Positions 51,901 to 62,913 of a stretch of DNA of 64,000 nt are shown piece after piece. The notes beneath the pieces were generated by a model. That model worked only from the letters and a program-made list of their open reading frames with translations, made no database searches and was not told the DNA's origin. Position numbers and translations under genes: made by a program. The DNA lies in assembly GCF_006345805.1 (NCBI RefSeq), contig NC_043000.1:64666001-64730000 (forward strand), in the 5' to 3' direction. The first letter of the stretch is position 1; every line of letters begins with the position of its first letter. This DNA comes from Octopus sinensis. Taxonomy: Eukaryota.

Positions 51901-52854
51901 AATGGTGATATTCCATGAAAAGCCAAGTGTGTAAACATTTTCAATAAAATCAGAAATGTGTCAAGTTGAAACAACCTGAGTTTACCATTGTATAATATAC
52001 AACAACTGACAAGATTAAATCATAGTTGTGCAATTCACTTGTTAAGCATACAAGCAACCTATCACTATTTTGGTACTGAAGTAGTGGTAGGTTGTTTCTG
52101 AAGTTGATGAGTGAATTGAGTAATTATGATTTAAAGTTTACAAAAATATGTAGCAAATTGCTTCCTAGATTCTTAGCTAAGATTCGAAACCTAAGCCTAG
52201 ATTTTTCTACTAGTTCCTTCTTCTTGTTCTTAGCATTTACACTCAGAAATTCATGAGAATCAACTATCAACTTGCAACCATTTCAAGCAAAACTTAGGTC
52301 AAAGCCGATAACAGATGAATAATCCTTTGTTTAGCTTGACCTAATTTAGTTAGAAAACATAAATACAGAACCCAAATTCAGTTCTACTTTTTTGCTTGGC
52401 CCCTGACCAAAAGGAGCACTTCATGTATAACTTGTTACAGTGGGACTATGCAACTTTTGCCCTCTCTACTCATCAATCCAGGGAGGTAATTTTTTAACTC
52501 TTTTTCTCTCCTTCTTCTAGCAGTCACCCACAGATGAACTTAACTATCTACAGAATGGATAACAAAACTGCAAATCATCTGTGTACCACAACTGAAAGTT
52601 ATATCTTACATTGAAACAATGAAATCAGCTACTAATATTTTCATCCTGCCATTTATTTGTAAATTACAAATCATTTCATATATATATATCATCATCGTCG
52701 TTTAACGTCCGTTCTCCATGCTAGCATGGGTTGGACGGTTCGACCGGGGTTCTGGGAAGCCAGAAGGCTGCACCAGGCTCCAGTCTAATTTGGCAATGTT
52801 TCTACAGCTGGATGCCCTTCCTAACGCCAATATATGTATATATATATATACATA

Positions 52855-53175
52855 GGTGTAGGAGTGGCTGTGTGGTAAGTACATGGTTCCGGGTTCTTGG
52901 GCAAGTATCTTCTACTATAGCCTCGGGTTGACCAAAGCCTTGTGAGTGGATTTGGTAGACGGAAACTGAAAGAAGCCCGTCGTGTATATGTATGTGTTTC
53001 TGTGTTTCTCCCCGCAACATCGCTTGACAACCGATGTTGGTGTGTTTATGTCCCCGTAACTTAGTGTTTCGGCAAAAGAGACCTATAGAATGATTAAGTC
53101 CTGGGGTCGATTTGCTTGACTAAAGGTGGTGCTCCAGCATGGCTGCAGTCAAATGACTGAAACAAGTAAAAGAGT
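52855..53175 (+). mobile_element. Dominant SINE inserted in a (TA)n tract
   Basis: Consensus match with small internal deletions. Further copies at 49610-50005 (+), 55070-55460 (-), 56390-56550 (+) and 62155-62240 (-). Confidence 0.8.
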
Positions 53176-53283
<108 letters not shown>

Positions 53284-53310
53284 AATAATATATATATAAA
53301 TATATATATG

Positions 53311-53342
<32 letters not shown>

Positions 53343-53499
53343 AATAAATAGAGAGAATGAGGGGGTGCAATTATGTGCAGATAAACAATAAGATATATTA
53401 ACTATAATAGTTTGGGTATGAAACACAAATATATATATATATATGTATACATGCCAAACGACAGGATGCAAAAGATAGAGACTTGTCTTCTCTCATTTT

Positions 53500-53990
53500 A
53501 CATGTACACATATACGGTAATCCCTTGCCATATCTCAGTACTCATCGTGCAAAAGATATGAAAACCTTCCCTTCTGAAAGAAGAATTGACCACATAATGA
53601 TTCCCGTGAGAATGACTTCATATCTACAAACATTAGATCTTGTAATAAACAAGCCCTACAAGGATTATTTGCGGATGGAAGTGACTGAATATATCAAACA
53701 TAGAATGGGGAGAAATCAGCGAGGAAACTTTGTCAAACCCAACCTCCAAGAAGTCGTGAATTGGGTGAAGAATTCATGGAATAAAGTTACTGGCAGTTGC
53801 ATTGCCAATGCACTACGAGCAGGGTACTTGAACATAAAGTATTCATTTAAGGAAAGTTATATTGTCAAACATTAGAGATTGGGGTCCATGATTCTACAGG
53901 TAATGGATTTACAAGAAATTCCATCTGAAGTTTGGTGTTTGATGATTTATGACAATATTCCAAAAGAGGACGAAATGTTTGTACTTGACT
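53500..53990 (+). mobile_element. pogo-family (DDE_1) transposase remnant
   Basis: THRAKDMKTF...MIPVRMTSYLQTLDLVINKPYKDYLR...VVNWVKNSWNKV (cf. TSxLQPLDxxxNKPFK...W). Confidence 0.8.
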
Positions 53991-54258
53991 AAAACCAATA
54001 AGCAAATAAATAAACTTTTGATAACTAAAAACACAGGTTCTCTTTTTACAATCTCAGTATTTAAGCTACGCATAGTACCGCTATAATACACGTGTTGCAT
54101 ACACTCCTACAACACCATTTTCTTTACACGCTATAAAAGCAGAAGTAAATCTGCCTTTAACTCAGTTGCACGCTTGTGTTTCACTTATTTTTTGTGTGTT
54201 TTACTACATAAAGATCACCAACTGCCTATCCTGAGTAATTACTGATGGCATGTGCCTG

Positions 54259-54344
<86 letters not shown>

Positions 54345-54391
54345 CAATGATAAATATCAAAGTGAGTTATCTACAGTAGCGGTAACACATT

Positions 54392-54570
54392 GTGACGTAT
54401 ATTTGCCATTTCAATATGGCTAACCCCTAAGGGTGGATGCTACTGTAGTTTTTAGCCCCAGGAGGACACACTCCTCCGCCAGCTGGAGGAGTGTGTCCTC
54501 CTGGGGATAAAAACTACAGTAGCATCCACCCTTAGGGGTTAGCCATATTGAAATGGCAAATATACGTCAC
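54392..54570. repeat. Near-perfect 179-bp palindrome
   Basis: Centre AG|CT at 54482/54483. Arms differ by one substitution and one 3-nt bulge. Set between two (TA)n tracts. Confidence 0.95.
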
Positions 54571-55776
54571 TATATATATATATATATATACATACACACA
54601 CATACATGTATAGAATGAACTTATCTTGTAGGTATTTAATGAAGAGTTTAAAAATCATTGAACTACACCAGCTTTTCTAGATGCTAGACAAAATAGGTTT
54701 GTTCTGTGAACCTGTGAAACTTAATGTTACATGGAGTTGAGTCTAACTGTTATTAAATAATATATATATGACTTCCCAAGGTGATGAATTGGCAGAATTA
54801 TTAGCATGCCAGGTAAAATGCTTAGCGGCATTTTGTCCATCTTTATGTTCTGAGTTCAAATTCCACTGAGATTGACTTTGCCTTTCATCCTTTTGCAATC
54901 CATAAAATAAGTACCAGTTGAACACTGGGGTCAATGTAATCAACTTAACCCCTGCGGTGAAATTGCTGGCCTTGTGCCAAAATTTGAAACCAGTATATAT
55001 CACTTCTGCTAAATGTGTTGAGCACCACTTTCGTTTGTTTGTCCACTCACTTGTGGGTGTGTATATCTTTTATCTTTTATTTGTTTCAGCCATTAGAGTG
55101 TGGCCATACTGGGGTACCCTTGAAGAAATTGTTTTTAGTTGAATGAATTGATCCTAGTTCTTAATGTTTTGTTAAGCCTGGCACCAATTCTATTGGTCTC
55201 TTTTGCTGAACTACTAAGTTATAGGGACGTAAACATACCAACAGCAGTTGTCAAGTTGTGATCGTGGTGAGGACAGACACAAAGAAACACACACGCACAC
55301 ACACACAGAGGATGGACCACTTTCAGTTTCTGTCTACCAAATCCACTCACAAGGTTTTGGTCAGCCTGAGGCTATATTGTACAAGGTGTTGTGCAATGGG
55401 ATTGATCCTGGAACCATATGGCTGGGAAGCAAACTTCTTACCACACATCCATGCCCACACCTGCTACACACCCATGCTTGCACCTATTTATATATAGTTT
55501 TCTTTTTATTTTGTGAAATTGCATTCCACACAATTCTTGTCTAAATTGATGGTAACTGGGAGTGACTGCCTTTACACATGTAATTGTCTGTAGAAAGAAA
55601 ATTATTCATTGCTTATCAACAATCTTAATTATGGATATAATTATTCATGATAATTATGTGTTCATGACAAATTCTTTTATTGTGTTGTATCTCCCAAGAT
55701 CATTTCTACACCCTTCTGGAACAATTATGCAATTGTTCTCACACACACCCATACACGCACACACACATACACACAT

Positions 55777-55827
<51 letters not shown>

Positions 55828-56547
55828 CACATGCACAAACACATTGTAGGAACAGTTGAGTAGTGAGTTCGTAAGATGGTTCCAAGTCAAATACATTTTT
55901 CATCCAATTAAGATATAGGGAAAGAAATGTAGAATTAAAATACACATTTTGTATGTAGTTTAAGAATGATGCAACATTAGAGAGAGAGAGAGAGAAAGAA
56001 AGAAATGAGTTTAAAAATTGCTTTTTTGGCCAATGAATTTAGCATAATGAGTAACAGGTAAACATCATAAACTCGTCAAATTTTTCAACAATCAAGGGAG
56101 CCTCCGTTGGGCTGCTAATATGTATATGTGTCTGTCTGTTTATCTATCTGTCTATCTATCCATCCCCAAACACACACCTAACTATACATACAGGTAAAAT
56201 TCTGTTATAAAAAAATTCACAGGGCATAAAAACAGTTTGCTGTAAGGAAAAATTCATCATGAGATCATCCAAAACACATTAAGAATTACATTGTTAATAA
56301 CCCACATTTCAAAAGGAAACAAAATAAATACAAAAAGCATTGAATATACCTGAAGTATTGTGTGTGTGTGTGTGTGTATAGAGAGAGGTGCAGGCGTGGC
56401 TGTGTGGTAAGAAGCTTGCTTCCTAACCACATGGTTCCGGATTCAATCCCACTGTGTAGCACCTTTGGCAAGTATCTTCTACTACAGCCTCAGGGTGACC
56501 AAAGCCTTGTGAGTGGATCTGGTAGAAGGAAACTGGAAGAAGCCTGT

Positions 56548-56587
<40 letters not shown>

Positions 56588-57306
56588 AAGTTAATTCAAA
56601 CATGAAAACACAACAACGTGAGGATGTGGAACAAGTATAGTGTTATTGGACGCTCAGGAAAGGAAAGAAAGGAGGAGGCATTGGTATCTAGATGACCCAA
56701 AAAGTGGCAGGTAACGCCAAGTAAGTGCTATGGACAGACTGTAGTTAAACGTTAAACTCTTGGTTTGATAGTGATACGAGTGAGGAGTCTAATATGGGTC
56801 TTGAATTAGCATGCATGTATATATTAGACAAAATGAGATAACGAAACCAAGGCTGTGAGTAGTTTTCAGGACATTTATAAGGAAAAAGATATAGATATAG
56901 TCTTACTGTTGTATTATGTGTTTGTTCCTCTTTTTGTCATCTGCAAATTTATTTTTGATCTTCTGTATAAATGAAAATATTTCCTCTGTCTGGCTGTTTT
57001 TCTCTCTACAAAATGGAAAGTTACACTGCGGAGCAGTCATTTTAACAAGTTGTATTTATTTATTTATCACCCGATGAGATGCATCTGTACTATCAGATGC
57101 TCCTGAACCAGTTGTTGAGTGTCCCACCCAAGAGGAATCGATGTGTCAAAATAATTGTCGTGATTAATAATAAATCCTTGTATATTCCATCTTCTTTCTT
57201 TCATTTGTTATATATCTAATGATCACTCTGAAAGTGGCCGTGCTTTACCAGTAAGCTACCAGGTGTAAACCATTCATTTTATTAGCCATTACATATATAT
57301 ACATAT

Positions 57307-57379
<73 letters not shown>

Positions 57380-57411
57380 ATACAGTTTTATATTTAAGGG
57401 CTGAGGAATTA

Positions 57412-57654
57412 CGTACATTATTTACATTTGATGGATATTTGTCCTCATCTTGTTTGCTGTTAATACGTTTTGGCTAATATACCTTCCAGCCTTCATCAGG
57501 TGTCTTGGGGAAATTTTGAACTTCGGTTCTCATTCCTAAAGTATTTTTCGATGTTATTGTTGTTGTTATTATTATTATTCAGGTCACTGCCTGGACTCTA
57601 ACTCGGAAACTTGGGGTTCATAGCCCGCGCTCTTAACCACTAGGCCATATGCCC
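57412..57654 (-). mobile_element. SINE with tRNA-derived head, (AAT)n linker and a tail containing a degenerate hammerhead
   Basis: Head GGGCATATGGCCTAGTGGTTAAGAGCGCGGGCT...CCGAGTTAGAGTCCAGGCAGTGACC (A and B boxes). Tail is homologous to 859-1039. Hammerhead at 57504-57468 has GAAA changed to AAAA. Confidence 0.8.
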
Positions 57655-57820
57655 ATGTGATCCAATATTAGAATATAATTCTTGACAAAGTTGTAGTTTT
57701 GCTGAGCCTAATCTATTTCCCCATTTGCTCAGTGTTAATCTACCATATACAAAGTCTGCTTTCCGTTTCAGCCTGCCTGTGATTCCACTTCACCACTTGC
57801 ACATCCATTGTTTATTATGC

Positions 57821-58260
57821 TATGAGGGTCGGCTGAAAAGTTCATAGGCTGACCAAGATACTCTCATGAGTGAGGTTTATTTTTCAGCAAAATCCCTCTT
57901 GTGGTCCACACTTCATCCATCAGTATTTCAGTGCTTGGATCCCATTGGTGAAGAAGCTTTCATTCTGTTGATCAAAAAAGTCTTCAACAGCAGCTATAAC
58001 GTCATCACTGTGATATTGGTTCTCAGCCAAGTGTTTTTTCATATTAGGGAACAGATGATAATCAGATGAGGTCAAATCAGGAGTATTGGGAGGCTGTTCA
58101 ACCAGTTCAAAGCCAGTCATGCACAGCGGCCAGTGAAACGAAAGAGTTGTGTGCTAGAGCATAGTCCTAATGAATCAAGACACCTTTTATCAGTTTTCTT
58201 GGGCATTTGGTCTAGATAGCTTTTCATAACTGCTTCAGCAAATTGGCAAAGTACTTTCCA
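57821..58260 (-). mobile_element. mariner (DD34D-type) transposon 3' fragment
   Basis: QPPNTPDLTSSDYHLFPNMKKHL (cf. YSPDLAPSDYHLF) and terminal TATGAGGGTCGGCTGAAAAGTTC. Confidence 0.85.
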
Positions 58261-58792
58261 TTGCTGGTGTGTGTGTGTGTGTGTATAAAACCAGCCTAAA
58301 GGATTTCTTCAATATGTGAAACTGTTAGAAGCTCACAACTACACCCAAAACCACGCTAATAACTTAGGAGTGAAATTTAGGATTTCTCAGTTTTCTGTAA
58401 ATTGATTTTGATAAAACTTTTTCCCAGCTGGTTTGCACACTTTGGCAACACCATCGTTATGTTTTCATTATTCTGTGTAATTTCCTTTCAGATTCTTCAG
58501 TTTTGAACCATGCTAATAAATTTTGAAGGAAAATAGCCAATCTAGACAATTGTTTTCAGAAAATGAAGGGTAATGATACATATTAAGCATACATTGAGTA
58601 TTTATTTAACAGGAAACCATAATAATATTATAACATTTATTGACATAATGAATTATTTAGCCTCATGTGCGCCAAGGAAGAACTGATCTGATTGTGGTAC
58701 CTCCAAGACTGTGACAACTAGAGATTTAAGGAATATTTTTTTTTCTGTAGTTTCAGCTCAGAGATGCGGCCATGCTGATGCACTGCCGTTAG

Positions 58793-58902
58793 AAAAATAT
58801 GGAACGCTTCACGAATTTGCGTGTCATCCTTGCACAGGGGCCATGCTAATCTACTCTGTATCATTCCAATTTTAGTATATGTACTGCCAGGCTGCAAGTT
58901 AC
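58793..58902 (-). pseudogene. U6: U6 snRNA retrocopy
   Basis: Matches U6 from GGCAG(T)ACATATACTAAAATTGGAA through ATTCGTGAAGCGTTCCATATTTTT. Has CpG-to-TpG changes, ACAGAGA changed to ACAGAGT, a damaged 5' stem and no TATA box upstream. Confidence 0.92.
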
Positions 58903-58929
58903 ATGGGAAACCTGGACAAACAAGCAAAG

Positions 58930-59250
58930 CTATTTTCACTACCTCTGAACTTCCTCATGTACTGAAAACCACCAGAAATCACATCCTCGGGACGATGGCT
59001 TCCATGTGAGAACCCCTGAAACTACTTCCTCACAAGAGTTTGAGGCTTCAATGGGCCCAAAAGTACATGACATTAGACATGAATTGTGTTCAGTTCAGTG
59101 ACCCTTGATGAACCTGACGGTTGGGCAAATGGTTGGTTCTGTTTTGGAGATGAGCATTACCAACGTTTACGACGTCAACAACAGGGTGGAGGAGTCATGT
59201 TGTGGGTTGATATCATTGGGAACAGATTTGTTGGCCCAGTTAGGGTGCTG
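58930..59250 (+). mobile_element. Tc1/IS630-like transposase fragment
   Basis: TLDEPDGWANGW...RLRRQQQGGGVMLW..IIGNRFVGP (cf. LDGPDGW...RRQQGGGGVMxW). Confidence 0.8.
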
Positions 59251-60721
59251 GCATGGGTTGGATGGTCTGACCAGAGCTGGCAAGCTGCAACAGACTCCTG
59301 TCAGATTTGGCATGATTTCTATGGTTGGATACCCTTCCTAATAACAACCGCTTTACAGAGTGTGCTGAGTGCTTTTACATGGCACCACACATGTGCTTTT
59401 ATGTGGTACTGCATGGACACTTTTACGTGACACCGCACATGTGCTTTTATGTGTTGCTGCACCAGTACTTTCACATGGTACCACAGGGCACTTTTATGTG
59501 ACACTGCCATGAGTACTTTACACCATCAGAAGGAGCAGCCTTAACACTTCTGCTGCAGAGTACAGGTCTTCTTGAGAAGACCTGTACTATATGTATGTGT
59601 ATGTGAGGGTATATATATATATATATATAAACATTCACATGTCAGCATGGAAAATAGATGTTAAATAACGATAATGATATATATTTTCACTGAAAGATCA
59701 ACTTATTTATATTCAAGGATAAACTCTATATAATTTTTGTAGAATACAATTAAACACTTCACACTCTTGAAGTCCCATTGAAATATTTTATTTCAGTTTA
59801 TACAATATAACACACTATTAAAAAAGATAGCATGTATCCATTCATTTATTTATGACAGGAAAATAGAAATACATTAATTAAAATCTCACAAAAATAACAT
59901 GATGGGAAAAAAAAATCAAACAGTTGTATTTGTATTGGTATATATATGCTATCTTAATTAGGTCTCAATGGTTAAGTATAATATGTATATCTAAGTAATA
60001 TTTCCAGTGGAAGCTGCATATTATAAATTACAAATTATCTTAACCCATTTTTCGTTAAAATTGCTGGATCTCAAACTATCATGAATAACATTATTAACCA
60101 TTTTCCTATTGAACTTGGGTGATCTCAAATTCTTTATTTGCTTCATGTTATCAAAAAAAGTTGTTACAATAAGCAGCTTCTGCTTGTGTGTATGCATATA
60201 AACAGTATGGGATGTGAACAGAATATTCCTTCTATGTTATGCAAGTTGTGATATAAAGTATCACAAGGTTCTATTTCTAGAGCCAGAAACACTATATTTG
60301 AGAAAAGTCTTTGGTATCTGCAATAATTATCACTTGCTTCTTTTGTTATCACGAATGTAATTCATTAACAGTTCATTTTTTATTTCTATTTTTGTAAAAT
60401 GCCAACAATTTTAGTCCATAAATAGAAGTTCATTTCTGGGCTAAAACGTCTGAGCTTAACTGGATATCAGCAAAGAAAGCAAAAAATATTTTACTCAGTG
60501 TACAATTATTTCTGTTCATTAAAGCAGTAAGAACATGAATAATTATTGAAGAGCCTTAAGAACTTCAGAAAAAAAAAAACAGAAGTAACTAAAACTCACC
60601 CTGTGTAATAATAATAATAAAGAAATACCATTACAAAACCAACTTAGTTGGTAAGACTTATGTAACAATTTAATTTATAAAATAGAAATGAAAATATCTC
60701 AACTTGTCAGTAAGATATTTT

Positions 60722-60767
60722 CTAATCAGTTTCAACCATTTTTGCTGGAAGCTGTGTTATTTGTTGC
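60722..60767 (-). CDS. Candidate short terminal exon (QQITQLPAKMVETD*) of an unidentified gene extending beyond the window
   Basis: Strong acceptor ttttttttttattcttccag|, followed by ~900 nt of unique UTR-like sequence and AATAAA near 59830. Short enough to be chance. Confidence 0.25.
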
Positions 60768-61663
60768 CTGGAAGAATAAAAAAAAAATTAAATCTTAATA
60801 TTAAAGGTCAAATTATAAATATTATTCAGATTCTTATCTTAAATTGTTATTCACTTAATCATTTTCAGAAATCACACTGCTCCCATTGTTCAGTGTTTTC
60901 AATAGTTTATTTTATCCTGATTTTCATCCAAAATTTCAAACTGCTCAAGTTTGTTTCTAATTTTATCAGAAACAGCTCATCATAACAGCTCTACTCCTAC
61001 CATTGGCTGGAGAAATTCTCAATTATTTATTCTGTTCCACTTAAGGCAAAAAGGAAGACTGTTTGCTAACTTAGTCTATAATTGATAAGCATTTTGGCAG
61101 TATATGGCTACGAGACTAAATTGTACTTAAAGTCAATAAACTTTTCATCCTTTCACCATTAATAAAGTTACCAAAAAGTTGTAGCTGGTTGCTGGTTTTG
61201 TTTAGCCCCAGGCCAACTGAAATCAAGCAATTTATGATCAAAGGCATTCTAGCACTGAGTATATTGTGTCTTTAGAGGTATGCAGGACCACATTATCTAA
61301 GTTGTTTTTGAAGAAAGAAGAGCAAGATGAGTTGGGTGGGTTTGGATGGAGAGGGTAGGTCACTTGTTAGTTTAGAAGAGCAGAGATTATTGCAATGGAG
61401 AGATCAAAAGAGAGAAGAGACAGTATTTCTGTGAGTTATATATTAGAAAATCTTTGCCAATCAGTCAAAATGCCTTTTTGTTTTGGATGTCTGTGTGTGA
61501 AGTATTAGTGCTAGTTTCAAACATGTGAACAGGATTCTAATATGGTAGAGGTGAACTATTGATCAGACCTGAGGTATTTTCTAGTCCTGAAATGGAAGCC
61601 TAATTTGAAGATGAAATATGCAATGTTATAGACATAGATTGTGAAGTCAAACATTTGTAGGGC

Positions 61664-62142
61664 GTTTGTAAACTTAAGGACACAGGACACATAGCCAACC
61701 AGAAATGGTGTTTCTTGGGGCCAAATAGCAGTAGCACTCTTCTCTTTCCTGGGACTGCCACATTAAGTTGGCAACAAACCATCACTTTATCGTGCTGCTA
61801 CTGCATAACTCTCTCTAAAAGATTTAGAAATGCAATATTTCTAATTTCGTAGATCAGTGAATTTATTTCACTTGAAATTCAAAAAGTTTTCAACAGCGAT
61901 TTAGCACTGACAGCTTGCAAAGCCAAGCTACTCCAGACTGATGAAGGGCATCTATCCTGAAACTAGTCTCTGGATGCTGGCTTTGTTAGGCGTAGGTCCT
62001 TATCTCCCCTGTTTGAAAAGTTAAGGACACAGAATGCTTGTATCAAGCAGCTAACTAGAAACGTTGTTTCTTGGAGCTAAATAGCAGAAGCATTCTTCCT
62101 TTTCCTGGGACTGCTGCATTAAGTTAGCAAAAAACCATCACT
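61664..62142 (+). repeat. Partial tandem direct repeat, period 347 bp, with a hammerhead between the copies
   Basis: 61664-61786 versus 62011-62142: about 14 differences in the best-aligned 94 nt (~85%). Confidence 0.85.
61918..61985 (+). ncRNA. Intact extended type I hammerhead ribozyme (predicted cleavage 3' of C61968)
   Basis: CAAAGCC-A-AGC-TAC-TCCAGA-CTGATGA-AGGG/CATCTA/TCCT-GAAAC-TA-GTC-TCTGGA-T-GCT-GGCTTTG. All core nucleotides are present, with a GUC triplet, a 6-bp proximal stem I plus distal 3+7 bp, and palindromic stem III ACTAGT. Confidence 0.88.
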
Positions 62143-62913
62143 ATATATATATATGTGATGGGCTTCTTTCAGTTTCCGCCTAAAAAAATCCACTCTCAAG
62201 AGTGGTTGGGAAGCAAACTTCTTACCACAGCCATGCCTTTCTGTAGAATAGGATATATCCTTCAAAACTGAAAAGAATTTGGTAGACAGATCACTGGGGT
62301 GCATTGTTAGAGGTTAATGGGAAGCACAATGTTAGTAGGTTGAAATGATCAAATGAAAATTCACACTGATGATTATGTACATGTGGTGTTGAAGGAAGTG
62401 GTCTAAAAGATAAGAATTAGGAAAGGGATTTTATTGAATATAGAGTTGGAAGTAAGTTAGGCAGCAAATGCAGTGGCTTTATCAGCTGAAGAATTACTTT
62501 ATAGAACCTCTTTTGGTGAGAGTTGCAAGTAGTAGGATTCTACAAAATCAATAACAATCCTCTTGGCAAGAGACCTGGCTGCAATTTCAGAGGTAAGAAA
62601 TGTATGCCAGGTAATGTACAAAGAGATATTTCATTTTCATGATGGGCATCTTGTTCTGTCAGAAATTCATGATGCAATGATATCCTTGTTAAAAAAAAAC
62701 ATACAGTGAAGCCAAATTTCTATCATTCCATAGGAAAGATGCAAATACCATGTCAAAACCATATGTACATTCCTCTTGAACAGTTATAGATCTGACTTTA
62801 TCAGGGCCCACAGAACTATACAAGAATTATAATAAGCATTTCAAGAATTATTTTATTACATATTTACAATCTAAAGAGGATAAACTGTTGTAATGTTTAT
62901 ACCTTTTCCAAAA

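Larger units (their letters stand above)
61390..62760 (-). mobile_element. Jockey-like LINE remnants (61390-61660 and 62380-62760) interrupted by the hammerhead-bearing repeat and a SINE
   Basis: Right block reads SLAKRIVIDF...SSADKATAFAA*LTSNS (cf. FWxLAKxISxNF...KAxLFAxxFAxNS). Left block reads KLGFHFRTRKY...ILESCSHV (cf. KLGxLxRxRxF...MEYxSHVW). Confidence 0.5.

Noticed and set aside
57071-57110. CCGATGA followed by a 7-bp hairpin GCATCTG/CAGATGC
   Set aside because: The core is mutated and there is no GAAA after the stem, so it is a simple hairpin.
60164-60352. Minus-strand ORF with LEIEPCDTL, reminiscent of ubiquitin LEVEPSDTI
   Set aside because: Similarity is limited to about 9 residues, and the rest is not ubiquitin-like.
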